This document shows positions 21,515-31,042 of a stretch of DNA of 64,000 bases, one piece after another. The position numbers and the translations under genes were made by a program. The notes beneath the pieces are model-generated. The model saw only the letters and a list, made by a program, of their open reading frames with translations, was not told the DNA's origin and did no database searches. The stretch's first letter is position 1. Each line of letters starts with the position of its first letter. The DNA is taken from the NCBI GenBank assembly GCA_964588295.1, contig CAZPOT010000003.1, forward strand, positions 135,785 to 199,784, read 5' to 3'. Source of the DNA: an uncultured Flavipsychrobacter sp. (lineage in GTDB: Bacteria > Bacteroidota > Bacteroidia > Chitinophagales > Chitinophagaceae).

Positions 21515-21619
21515 CAATTCCCTTACTTCTAATACGCAACAAAGCGCCGCTGTCGTGTTCCTTCACTGACAGACCACAAGCATACGCACTCATTTGAGGA
21601 AAAACTAACCATCAGCTTC

Positions 21620-21689
21620 GTCCTGTAAGACGGGTTATAATAGCGCGGGCGTTTCAACCCTGCGGCTTAAGCGGGCGTATTCATTTTCG
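21620..21689 (+). repeat. two-hairpin dispersed intergenic element (GTCCTG.AAGGAC / GGGTTTCAACCC family), copy A
   Basis: GTCCTGTAAGACGGGTTATAATAGCGCGGGCGTTTCAACCCTGCGGCTTAAGCGGGCGTATTCATTTTCG. Confidence 0.8.
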
Positions 21690-21807
21690 TAAAGCACTAA
21701 ACACACCCCAACCCATCTTTATAAAATCTTTATACTTTCCTTACTACATTTTATAAGGCCTTTGCAAGGGGCCATCTACCTTTATGCCGTAAAAGAACAA
21801 AGCAGGA

Positions 21808-22890
21808 ATGACCGGCGCACTACATAAAAAGATAACCATCCCCATGCAGTTGCTGTATAGTGTACTGGCAGTGGGTATCGTGTCGGCCGCATGCTATTTC
21901 CTATCAGAATATATGGGCTATAGAGTAGTGGCCTATGTGCTGCTGATAACGGTGTCCCTTATTGCCATGTTCTTCGACATACTACCCGTTCTGCTAACCG
22001 CAATACTCACTGCCCTTACGTGGGATTACTTTTTTATCCCGCCACATTTTACCTTACAGGTTGCTTCCGGCGAAGACGGCATTTTGTTGTCCATGTATTT
22101 TGTCATCGCAATGATCAATGCCGTGCTTACCTTTAAGATACGGCAGATAGAAAAAGAAGTACGCCGCAAAGAGAAGCGGGCCGGTGCTGTAAAGCTGTAC
22201 AATACACTGCTCAATTCATTGTCTCACGAACTGCGCACACCCATCGCTACCATCATCGGCGCTACCGACAATCTGCAGGCCAATAATGCACGCCTAACCG
22301 CTCAGCACCGGTTCGAGCTCATCAACGAAATATCACAGGCAGGGCTCAGGCTCAACCAGCAGGTAGATAACCTGTTGAACATGTCGCGCCTTGAATCTGG
22401 CTTTGTACAACCCAAGCAAGACTGGTGTGATATAACAGAGGTCATTTATGATGCGGTAAAACAGATAGAACAAGGCAACGCACAGCAACAGATACACATC
22501 AGCATCACCCCCGATATTCCTCTGTTCAAACTGGACGAAGGCATGCTGGAGCAGGTGGTTTATAATCTGGTGAGTAATGCCGTAAGATATACCCCCGCCG
22601 AAACCCGGATAGACATTGCCGCCATGTGCTATACCGATGTATTGCAGATAACTGTAGAAGACAATGGCCCCGGCTTCCCCGAACAGGCGCTACCCCGGGT
22701 GTTCGATAAGTTTTACAGGCTGGCTGAAACAAAGCCCGGCGGCACAGGGCTTGGCCTATCCATCGTAAAAGGTTTCACTGAAGCTATGGGCGGCAAAATT
22801 GCACTGGAGAACCGTATAGACGGCGGAGCAAGGTTTACCATCAATATTCCTGCAGAAACTTCGTACTTAAAAAACCTGAAAAATGAATAA
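21808..22890 (+). CDS. KdpD-like sensor histidine kinase, C-terminal module only
   Basis: 4 TM helices, HisKA (LSHELRTPIATI) and HATPase_c; homologous to the C-terminal half of KdpD but lacks the N-terminal KdpD/Usp sensor domains. Confidence 0.8.
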   Translation: MTGALHKKITIPMQLLYSVLAVGIVSAACYFLSEYMGYRVVAYVLLITVSLIAMFFDILPVLLTAILTALTWDYFFIPPHFTLQVASGEDGILLSMYFVIAMINAVLTFKIRQIEKEVRRKEKRAGAVKLYNTLLNSLSHELRTPIATIIGATDNLQANNARLTAQHRFELINEISQAGLRLNQQVDNLLNMSRLESGFVQPKQDWCDITEVIYDAVKQIEQGNAQQQIHISITPDIPLFKLDEGMLEQVVYNLVSNAVRYTPAETRIDIAAMCYTDVLQITVEDNGPGFPEQALPRVFDKFYRLAETKPGGTGLGLSIVKGFTEAMGGKIALENRIDGGARFTINIPAETSYLKNLKNE

Positions 22891-23569
22891 GCCCACAGTA
22901 TTGGTAATAGATGATGAGGTGCAGATACGCAAACTGCTAGATATAACACTGCAAAGCAACGACTACAATGTGTTGCTTGCAGAAACCGGCAGACAGGGCC
23001 TGGCTATGGCCGCAGCCCACCCACCCGACCTTATTATACTGGATATAGGGCTGCCCGATGATACCGGCCACAATATTCTGAAAGAACTGAGAGGCTGGTA
23101 TACACACCCCGTCATCATTCTTTCCGCGCACAGCGATGAACAGGATATAGTGGCCGCACTTGATAACGGTGCTAACGACTACCTGGTAAAGCCCTTCCGC
23201 ACAGGCGAGTTGCTGGCCAGGCTACGCTCTGCACTACAGAGTACTATGCACGAGCTGAGTGCCCCGGTACTGGACATTAATACGCTGCAGATAGACCTGG
23301 CAGCAAGAACAGTTAAGAAGAATGGTACCGCCGTCAAGCTCACGGCTACAGAGTATACACTACTGGCTCTTTTTGCCCGCAACGAAGGTAAGGTACTCAC
23401 CCACCAGTACCTGCTGCGCGAGGTATGGGGGCCCGGCTACATCAGCCAGTCGCAATACTTGCGGGTGTTCATTGCACAACTAAGAAAGAAAATAGAAGAC
23501 GACCCCAACAGGCCTGCTTACCTGGTCACAGAATCCGGTATCGGCTACCGGCTGGTAAGCCCCGAATAA
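22883..23569 (+). CDS. kdpE: OmpR-family response regulator, KdpE-like
   Basis: receiver domain plus winged-helix trans_reg_C; overlaps the upstream HK by 8 nt. Confidence 0.8.
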   Translation: MNKPTVLVIDDEVQIRKLLDITLQSNDYNVLLAETGRQGLAMAAAHPPDLIILDIGLPDDTGHNILKELRGWYTHPVIILSAHSDEQDIVAALDNGANDYLVKPFRTGELLARLRSALQSTMHELSAPVLDINTLQIDLAARTVKKNGTAVKLTATEYTLLALFARNEGKVLTHQYLLREVWGPGYISQSQYLRVFIAQLRKKIEDDPNRPAYLVTESGIGYRLVSPE

Positions 23570-23594
23570 CATAGATCATACTTAATCTTTTTAT

Positions 23595-25565
23595 ATGAAC
23601 TCGAATAGCAAAAATTTGAGCAGGGTGAGTATTGCCTCACTGCTGGTAGCCCTTGGCATAATTTACGGCGACATTGGCACAAGCCCGCTTTACGCATTAC
23701 GCGCCGTTATTGGCGACCGCCCCGCCAGCGAGCTGCTGGTATTTGGCGGCGTATCCTGTATCTTCTGGACGCTCGTATTCCAGACCACAGTAAAGTACAT
23801 CTGGCTCACTTTAAAAGCCGATAACCAGGGCGAAGGCGGTGTATTCTCTCTATACGCATTGGTGCGCAGGTATGGCAAGTATCTCGTCATTCCTACCATA
23901 CTGGGTGCCACTACCCTCTTGGCCGATGGTATCATCACGCCTCCCATATCCGTAGCATCAGCCATTGAAGGGCTTAACTCGGTAAAAGGACTGGAGAACA
24001 TCATCGTTCCCGGCAACGCGCTTACCGTTGGCATTGTTGTCGTTATTCTTTCCGCCTTGTTCTTCTTCCAGCGTTTCGGCACCCAGATGATAGGCAGGGC
24101 CTTCGGGCCTGTAATGGCCATATGGTTCACTATGCTACTGGTATTCGGCATTATCAATATTGGTAAATACCCGGCCATCATTGCCGCACTCAACCCCATA
24201 CATGGCTACAGGCTGCTGATGCATTACCCCAATGGCCTCTGGTTGCTGGGCTCCGTATTTCTGTGCACTACCGGCGCAGAGGCCCTGTATTCCGATCTTG
24301 GCCATTGTGGTATCAAAAACATCAGGATCACCTGGATGTTTGTAAAAACTGCACTGGTAGCCAACTACCTTGGCCAAGCAGCATGGATCATGCAGCATGC
24401 AGATAATATGAAGGGGGCCAATCCTTTCTTCGATATGCTGCCACACTCCTTTTTGCTACCGGGAATAATCATTGCCACAGCTGCCACCATCATCGCATCG
24501 CAGGCACTCATCAGCGGTTCATTCACGCTCATCAGCGAAGCCATGAACCTCAACTTCTGGCCACGGGTTACACTACGCCAGCCTACCGATGTAAAGGGGC
24601 AGATATACATACCCAGCGTAAACAGCATTCTATGGGTGGGCTGCGTACTGATGATCCTTTACTTCCGCACTTCATCGCATATGGAAGCTGCGTACGGCTT
24701 TTCCATAACCGTAGCTATGATGATGACCACTTACCTGCTCACCTACTACCTGTTATACAACCGCAGGTGGCATCCCGCATTGGTAGCTATTATCGTTACT
24801 GCATTTGCAGCCATAGAGATATCGTTCTTCATAGCCAATGCCGCTAAGATCAAAGAACGCTGGATGTTCTTGTTCTTCGAATTGTTCATCTTCATGACCA
24901 TGTATGTGTGGTACTACGCCCGCAAGGTGAATAACAGGTTGGTCAAGTTTATCGACCTGGGCAAATACATTCCCTTGCTTACAGAGATGAGCAATGATGA
25001 TGCCCTGCCCAAATTCTCTACGCACCTGGTATATCTTACCAAAGCCAACAGCCGCAACCAGGTAGAAGATAAGATCATCCGTTCCATCTTTGCCAAAAAG
25101 CCCAAGCGGGCCGATGTATATTGGTTCCTGCACATACACCGCACCGAAGAACCCTATACCATGACGTACGATGTATCGGAGCTGGTAGATGATAAGGTCA
25201 TCAAGATCAACATCAATCTCGGCTTCCGTATACAGCCTAAAACAGAGATGTACTTTAAGAAGATAGTAAAGGAACTGGTAGCCAATAAAGAACTGAACCT
25301 GCACATACGCCCCGATGGGTCTACAAAGTACAACCCCGAGCCTGATTTCAAATTCGTGGTAATAGAGAAATTTCTTTCCGTAGAAAATGAATTTACGCTG
25401 AGGGAAGGCATGTTACTTAACTCCTACTTTATGCTCAAAAACCTTGGACTGAGCGACGAAAAAGCATTCGGCCTCGACAAGAGCGATGTGCTGGTGGAGT
25501 ATACTCCGCTCGTATATCAGCAGGTGCAGAATATAGAATTGACGAGAGTCATAGGAAACAAATAA
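23595..25565 (+). CDS. kup: KUP/HAK/KT potassium uptake transporter
   Basis: 656 aa, N-terminal GDIGTSPLY signature, 12 TM plus cytosolic C-terminal domain. Confidence 0.92.
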   Translation: MNSNSKNLSRVSIASLLVALGIIYGDIGTSPLYALRAVIGDRPASELLVFGGVSCIFWTLVFQTTVKYIWLTLKADNQGEGGVFSLYALVRRYGKYLVIPTILGATTLLADGIITPPISVASAIEGLNSVKGLENIIVPGNALTVGIVVVILSALFFFQRFGTQMIGRAFGPVMAIWFTMLLVFGIINIGKYPAIIAALNPIHGYRLLMHYPNGLWLLGSVFLCTTGAEALYSDLGHCGIKNIRITWMFVKTALVANYLGQAAWIMQHADNMKGANPFFDMLPHSFLLPGIIIATAATIIASQALISGSFTLISEAMNLNFWPRVTLRQPTDVKGQIYIPSVNSILWVGCVLMILYFRTSSHMEAAYGFSITVAMMMTTYLLTYYLLYNRRWHPALVAIIVTAFAAIEISFFIANAAKIKERWMFLFFELFIFMTMYVWYYARKVNNRLVKFIDLGKYIPLLTEMSNDDALPKFSTHLVYLTKANSRNQVEDKIIRSIFAKKPKRADVYWFLHIHRTEEPYTMTYDVSELVDDKVIKININLGFRIQPKTEMYFKKIVKELVANKELNLHIRPDGSTKYNPEPDFKFVVIEKFLSVENEFTLREGMLLNSYFMLKNLGLSDEKAFGLDKSDVLVEYTPLVYQQVQNIELTRVIGNK

Positions 25566-25604
25566 GATAATAACAATATTTACATCAACACAAAAAAGAC
25601 CATT

Positions 25605-26981
25605 ATGCTGAAATTTTACAAAACAGACCGTGTTGCCATTGCCGCCGCGCTGGCACTTTCCGCAAGTGCTTTGCAGGCGTCCGCACAAGACAACAACGAT
25701 ACGCTCGATGACATTGCAGCACCTGCACCCGCGCGTTCTGCCGAGCCGTTTGCCTGGGGCGATTTCACCTGGGTGCAGGGCACTAACAGGCAACACGGCT
25801 CCCTGCTCGACTCCAAATACTTCACCGGCGGGTTGACCATAGACTGCAATTACAATTACAATTTTAACCACCCTATAGACCATAGCACATCAGGATCTAC
25901 CGCCACCTTCAGGTCCGATGAGTTCAACATCTCTTACATAGAAGCCGGTGGAGAATTGCACGATCCTAAAAGTGGTGCACACGCTAAGTTGATGCTCCAG
26001 TTTGGCAGCAGGGCCACCGGCATACCTCGAAATGACAATACACCACTGCGCGGCCAGTACGATCTGTACAATGCCCTACGCTATGTAACAGAAGGCTATG
26101 CCGGCATGCACTGGAACAAGATGCACGGTATAAACCTGGACTTTGGTATGTTTAAATCATACGTAGGCCTGCTGTCTTACAACAACTTCGAGAACTGGAA
26201 CTACCAGCCATCATTTACATCAGACAACACACCCTGGTTTTTCACCGGTGCACGCATGCAGCTATTCCCTACCGACAGGCTTAAAATTGAACTATGGGCT
26301 ATCAATGGCTGGCAGAGCTACGGTATGTTCAACGAGTTGCCCGGCTTCGGCTACCAGGTATTGTGGAGGCCAAAAGAAAACCTGTCGCTTACCCAAAGTT
26401 CTTATGTAGGCTGGGATACGCCCAACAGCCGCGACAGGCTACGCTTCCATACAGACAACAGCGCTATCATTCGCTACCTCAACAGGCCTATGGGTAACTT
26501 CATTACCAAAGCAGCCATTTCTGTAACGGGCGATCTCGGCTTCGAAAACGGTGCAGGCGTAGTACCATTCAATGGAACCGCCACTACCCCCGCACAAAAC
26601 TTCCTGAGTGGCATGGTATACAACCGCTTCTGGTTCGGCAAAAAACAACAGCTTGCCTTTACATGCGGTGGCGGTTACATCAGCAACCCCGGCCGCTACC
26701 TGGCCCTGCTGCCTGCCGGTAATGCTGTACTTACACAAAACCCCGGAGATAAATTTGAAGGCTGGGATGCATCTGCCAACGTACAGTACATGCCAAGTGA
26801 ATACCTCACCTTCGGGCTCGAATTTGTTACCCGTCATACCAACGTGCCATACTTCTCAGGCCACGGCGGAGTAACATCTCCCAACGGCTGGAATGCACCA
26901 ATAGGCAACCCCACAGGCTATGTAGCCGACCTGGTGAAAGATGAGAACAGGATCATCCTTTCAGGCATATTCAGATTCTAA
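25605..26981 (+). CDS. outer-membrane beta-barrel porin (putative, K+ locus associated)
   Basis: signal peptide (ALQASAQD), alternating beta-strand pattern, aromatic-rich, C-terminal F. Confidence 0.55.
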   Translation: MLKFYKTDRVAIAAALALSASALQASAQDNNDTLDDIAAPAPARSAEPFAWGDFTWVQGTNRQHGSLLDSKYFTGGLTIDCNYNYNFNHPIDHSTSGSTATFRSDEFNISYIEAGGELHDPKSGAHAKLMLQFGSRATGIPRNDNTPLRGQYDLYNALRYVTEGYAGMHWNKMHGINLDFGMFKSYVGLLSYNNFENWNYQPSFTSDNTPWFFTGARMQLFPTDRLKIELWAINGWQSYGMFNELPGFGYQVLWRPKENLSLTQSSYVGWDTPNSRDRLRFHTDNSAIIRYLNRPMGNFITKAAISVTGDLGFENGAGVVPFNGTATTPAQNFLSGMVYNRFWFGKKQQLAFTCGGGYISNPGRYLALLPAGNAVLTQNPGDKFEGWDASANVQYMPSEYLTFGLEFVTRHTNVPYFSGHGGVTSPNGWNAPIGNPTGYVADLVKDENRIILSGIFRF

Positions 26982-26993
26982 TACCAACAAGCT

Positions 26994-27030
26994 CTGACAA
27001 CTTTTTGAAAGTTGTCAAAGCTTGCTACAA
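26994..27030 (+). repeat. palindromic intergenic element TGACAACTTTTTGAAAGTTGTCA (variant copy)
   Basis: 27 nt inverted repeat, variant of the copies at 44087 and 54763, immediately after porin stop. Confidence 0.8.
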
Positions 27031-27033
27031 TAA

Positions 27034-27066
27034 AAGAGCAGCGGCCAAGCCACTGCTCTTTCTATT
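27034..27066 (+). terminator. rho-independent terminator after porin gene
   Basis: AGAGCAGCGG-ccaagcc-ACTGCTCT followed by TTCTATT. Confidence 0.45.
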
Positions 27067-27086
27067 ATATGATCCTATACATCAAT

Positions 27087-27183
27087 CTCTTTGCGCTCGT
27101 TCTCTCAATGCCTTTGCGGCCCTTTGCGAAAAAACTTCGCGGCTCTTTGCGTGAATTTATATAAGCCGCCTTTGCGCGAAACG
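27087..27183 (+). repeat. CTTTGCG(TGAA) degenerate repeat array, locus 1
   Basis: 5 units: ctctttgcg / cctttgcgg / cctttgcgaa / ctctttgcgtgaa / cctttgcgcgaa. Confidence 0.85.
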
Positions 27184-27193
27184 TCAGCGCACT

Positions 27194-27862
27194 TTACCTC
27201 ACATACCTCTTCAGTATCTCGGAAAAACTATCAGTGTGCTCCGGCGCCCCAATCGCCCTGAACTTCCACGTACCATCTTTGCGATAAACCTCCGAGAATA
27301 CCATAGAGCACATACCATTGTAGGTATCATCGCCCGACAGGCTAAATCTCGCTATCTCTTTTCCCTTGGCATCCACCGCCCTGATGAACGCATTGCTCAC
27401 CATACCAAAATGCTGATTGCGCGATCTGCCGAGGTATATAGACACAACAAAGAGTATCTTCTGGTATCGCTGATCCAGCGAATCCAGCTTTACTATTATC
27501 TGCTCATCATCACCATCGCCGGCACCGGTGCGGTTGTCGCCCGTAAGCCATATCTGGCCCGATGGATGCTGCATATTATTGAAGAAAATAACATCGCTGT
27601 CCACCAGCGATATGTTGCGGCCATCACCCATATGCTGCATATGTCCCATATTGGCTACCTTATCATCGGCATCCAGCAAAAAGGCTATCGCATCCAGGTC
27701 ATATTCCTCCTCCTGCTGCCCCAGCAACTTGCTGAAAAATCCCGAATTCTTCTGCCGCACATCCCAGCCCAATCCTATTGTTACAGAGGACAGGTCAAAG
27801 GTCTCTCCCCTGTCATTCTTCCTAAGGTCAATGGTTTGACCCTTTACCAGGCTTATTGCCAT
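27194..27862 (-). CDS. TerD-family stress protein
   Basis: MAISLVKGQTIDL...IGLGWD TerD-domain signature, Asp-rich Ca-binding-like region GDGDDEQI. Confidence 0.85.
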   Translation of the reverse strand: MAISLVKGQTIDLRKNDRGETFDLSSVTIGLGWDVRQKNSGFFSKLLGQQEEEYDLDAIAFLLDADDKVANMGHMQHMGDGRNISLVDSDVIFFNNMQHPSGQIWLTGDNRTGAGDGDDEQIIVKLDSLDQRYQKILFVVSIYLGRSRNQHFGMVSNAFIRAVDAKGKEIARFSLSGDDTYNGMCSMVFSEVYRKDGTWKFRAIGAPEHTDSFSEILKRYVR

Positions 27863-27929
27863 AATTACTATATTGAGTGGTTACACTTATATTCCTCACT
27901 TCTATTCTGATAAACTGTATACTCAGCTT

Positions 27930-28003
27930 CCTTTTCGCACTTTGCCTTCTTTACTTGTAGCCTTTGCGTGCTTTGCGCCTTCCTCAGCGTGCTTTGCGTG
28001 AAC
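27930..28003 (+). repeat. CTTTGCG(TGAA) degenerate repeat array, locus 2
   Basis: cactttgcc / cctttgcgtg / ctttgcgcc / gctttgcgtgaac. Confidence 0.85.
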
Positions 28004-28046
28004 TTTTATTGCACGTGGCTATCAGCAAGAAGTGTTAATTGAACGG

Positions 28047-28622
28047 CTATTTAATTATCTGTCCCTTATAATACCTCGACAGGAAGTAGGCCAGGTCCTG
28101 CCTATAGCCAATGCCCGATGCCTCGAATCGCCAGCTGCCGTCTCTCCTGTATAGCCTGCCAAACTCAATAGCAGTCTCTATCGAAAAATCCTCATCCAGT
28201 TCGTACTTGGCTACTTCTCGGCCATTGGTATCATCAACAATGCGGATGTACGAATTGCGTACTTGCCCGAAATTCTGCCTGCGCTCAATAGCCTCGTGTA
28301 TGGTCACTACAAACAGTACCTCCTGCACACGTGCATCTACTTTGTTCAGGTCTACTTTTATCACCTCATCATCGCCATCTTCGCTGTTGTCGCCGGTAAG
28401 GTCATCGCCGCTATGGTGCAGCGCCCCATCGGCAGAATCGGCATTGCCATAGAATACAAAGAACGGCTCAGCGGGTATCAGTTTGTTGCCATCTATCATG
28501 AACGCCGAAGCATCCAGGTCGAACGCCGCACCCGTACCATCATTAGGTTTCCAGCCCAGGCCTACGCTTATAGACGACAGGCCAATATTTATCTTTTGTC
28601 CTTTTTGTAAATTGATAGACAT
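28047..28622 (-). CDS. TerD-family stress protein (second paralogue)
   Basis: MSINLQKGQKINIG...VGLGWK TerD signature, GDNSEDGDDEVI acidic motif; start moved to internal Met. Confidence 0.85.
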   Translation of the reverse strand: MSINLQKGQKINIGLSSISVGLGWKPNDGTGAAFDLDASAFMIDGNKLIPAEPFFVFYGNADSADGALHHSGDDLTGDNSEDGDDEVIKVDLNKVDARVQEVLFVVTIHEAIERRQNFGQVRNSYIRIVDDTNGREVAKYELDEDFSIETAIEFGRLYRRDGSWRFEASGIGYRQDLAYFLSRYYKGQIIK

Positions 28623-28665
28623 ATCAGTTCTTTTGCCCCGTACAGGCACTTCAATGCCTTGCGGG

Positions 28666-29847
28666 TTAGTTATTGGTTATTTTACAATTCTCAATAAAAC
28701 TATCGGTCAGCACTCCGCTTTCGCCCGATACTATTATCTTATAATCTCCGTTAGCTATCCTGTTATTGGCCAGTATATCTGCCGACGACCGCTTGAACCA
28801 GGTAATGAACTCCTGCGCATCATCATAGCTACCAAACTGCAGCGGACCGCTATAGATAGCCCCGGCAAGCTCCAGGTATTTACCGGCGTAGCTGATGCGA
28901 TAAGTTGTAAAGGCAAACTTACCCGGCTTTTGCAACTCTATATCGCTACCGGTGGTCTTACCTTTTACTATCTCTACTACATCATCGCCTTCATCAGGCG
29001 TATTATCCCCGGCTATTACATGCCTTACAGTCGCCTCATAGCTTAGCGCAAACTTACCTGTGGCATCTGCTGCCGGTTGCTTTTGCATTTGCAGGCCAGG
29101 TGCAATGCTGTTAGGCTTTATGGCTGCACCGTCTCTGCCCCACAGGTTGTTAAAGTAAACTACCTGCTCTGTTGTCATCTGGCCTGTGTAAGCCACAGTC
29201 ACATCAGCAGTTATATTGCCCGTCAGTTCATTGCCATCCATATTGGCCACGGTCACTACCAGGCTGCCATCGGGCATCACGTTCGATGCCATAGACACCT
29301 GCTGTGCACTTACGCCATCTTTGGCACCAGCTGGCTTATGATAATTACTGGTCAGCTTATCGCATGCTTCAATCTTCATATTGCCGCCTGCTGGTGGAGC
29401 CAGCGTTATGGTCAGCTTCTGTATCTTATCAGATTGTGTAGCATGCATATCATCAACGGCAAATACTATCCTGCGTTTCACCGTTCTTCCACCTTTGGTT
29501 GCAGCACGCTCCTTTTTAGCAGGCACTATATCCATTTGCAACTTGCTATAAATATCTTCCGATGATTCCTCATTATCTGCTATCGATTCTATCAGTTGTT
29601 TCTGTCCTTCCCCCGAAAGCGAAAAGATATTCCTGGCGGAAACTTCACCCTTCGGCTTCGCCTTAGAAGGCATACCGGTAGCATATCCACTTACCCCTAC
29701 AAAATACCTGATGCTGTCTTTTGTTGCAGGATAATTCCGCACAGCAAGACTCTTATATCGCCTGGGCAACTTTTGGGTTTGCATACAAGATGCCATCAGT
29801 AGAACAACACTCAAGGGCAACGCAGCATTAAAAAGAATCCGTTTCAT
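28666..29847 (-). CDS. hypothetical lipoprotein (393 aa), TerD-cluster associated
   Basis: signal peptide plus lipobox (LLMASCMQ); no domain recognised; 17 nt upstream of TerD paralogue. Confidence 0.6.
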   Translation of the reverse strand: MKRILFNAALPLSVVLLMASCMQTQKLPRRYKSLAVRNYPATKDSIRYFVGVSGYATGMPSKAKPKGEVSARNIFSLSGEGQKQLIESIADNEESSEDIYSKLQMDIVPAKKERAATKGGRTVKRRIVFAVDDMHATQSDKIQKLTITLAPPAGGNMKIEACDKLTSNYHKPAGAKDGVSAQQVSMASNVMPDGSLVVTVANMDGNELTGNITADVTVAYTGQMTTEQVVYFNNLWGRDGAAIKPNSIAPGLQMQKQPAADATGKFALSYEATVRHVIAGDNTPDEGDDVVEIVKGKTTGSDIELQKPGKFAFTTYRISYAGKYLELAGAIYSGPLQFGSYDDAQEFITWFKRSSADILANNRIANGDYKIIVSGESGVLTDSFIENCKITNN

Positions 29848-29961
29848 CTATCGTTATTTTTAGAATGTACTGTCAGTAAATTTAGCCAAAACAACCATAC
29901 AACAAGCCACTTTTAGGATTTACCGCTGATGACTTTCGACTTACGACTTTTGACTTACTAC

Positions 29962-30882
29962 TTACCTCACCGCTATCCCTGCTTTAGCCCATGTCTTGGT
30001 GGTTTTATACAGCGGCTCCAGTAGCGTCAGGTTAGGATCATATGCATTACTACCTCCGCCATTAGCTCCGCCACCGCCAAAAGACATGCCCATACCCATA
30101 CCACCTACGCTTATCCCTGGCCTGAAACCACCACCGCCGCGCTGCCTGTTGGCAGTTCTTGCCGTTGGCTGTCCTTCCGGCCTCCTAGAGCCAGTGGTTT
30201 CTATGCATACACTCATCTGCCTTGTCCTGTCCCCCCTGTCTACCTTGTTCTTAAAATAAAACGCCCTGAAAGGTATCTTAGCCTCCCATATCAGTTCATT
30301 GTCTTCATCCATATTGATGCGAACTTCTATGCCGCAAGAGTTCTGCGCTTTTACAGGAAATTGCAGGTTACACCCCTTAAAACCCTGTAGCGAATATTCA
30401 TCAGCCTCTGCTATTGCCTGCTTAATGTTCATGCGCATGTCCAGCAATCGCTTTTGCATGGCTTCGGCTGGCCCCGCATCCTGCTCCACATGCACACGGG
30501 TGTAAGCGCCGTCCTTCACCTCCTTACCTTTATACGCTGCCGGTATCGGGTAATTGATGGCTGTTGTCTGCGTTTCCTTGCCCATCTTATCTATCCACAC
30601 CGTCAGTCCATTCTCCAGTATTTTCATCTGGGTGGCTGCATCGCCTGTCTCCACGGTTATGTACAGGTTTTCGCTATCGTTGGCTACCGCATAACCCAGC
30701 ATGGCCTTCTCGTCGTAGTTGCTCAGCGGCTTATGCCAGTCGTGGTTGATCCCGTCTACCGTCACCGGCTGCTCTGGCCACAAACCCGGCTGCTTTTTGC
30801 TTTGCTTATGACCTGCAATACCGCAGGCACACAACCCAACAGAAATACCCAGAGAAAGTATCAGGAAACGCTTGTTCAACAT
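29962..30882 (-). CDS. hypothetical lipoprotein with Gly-rich C-terminal tract
   Basis: lipobox (LCACG); C-terminal RQRGGGGFRPGISVGGMGMGMSFGGGGANGGGS low-complexity segment. Confidence 0.55.
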   Translation of the reverse strand: MLNKRFLILSLGISVGLCACGIAGHKQSKKQPGLWPEQPVTVDGINHDWHKPLSNYDEKAMLGYAVANDSENLYITVETGDAATQMKILENGLTVWIDKMGKETQTTAINYPIPAAYKGKEVKDGAYTRVHVEQDAGPAEAMQKRLLDMRMNIKQAIAEADEYSLQGFKGCNLQFPVKAQNSCGIEVRINMDEDNELIWEAKIPFRAFYFKNKVDRGDRTRQMSVCIETTGSRRPEGQPTARTANRQRGGGGFRPGISVGGMGMGMSFGGGGANGGGSNAYDPNLTLLEPLYKTTKTWAKAGIAVR

Positions 30883-30980
30883 AACGAATATTTGATCTTA
30901 GCTATAAAAGTAGCAAAGCCGGCCGTTACACCGGCTTTGCCCACCTCTATTCAGAAGAGTTTAACTTTTGAAAAATCAAA

Positions 30981-31032
30981 GGTCTTTGCGGCCTTTGCCT
31001 GCTTTAATTCCCTTTGCGGCTCTTTGCGTGAA
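30981..31032 (+). repeat. CTTTGCG(TGAA) degenerate repeat array, locus 3
   Basis: gtctttgcgg / cctttgcctgcttta / ccctttgcgg / ctctttgcgtgaaac. Confidence 0.85.
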
Positions 31033-31042
31033 ACTCTCTGCA

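Noticed and set aside
27087-27183. Possible CRISPR array (regularly spaced CTTTGCG units)
   Set aside because: Units are only about 10-14 bp and degenerate, with no constant-length unique spacers and no cas genes in the window. Better described as a degenerate dispersed repeat.
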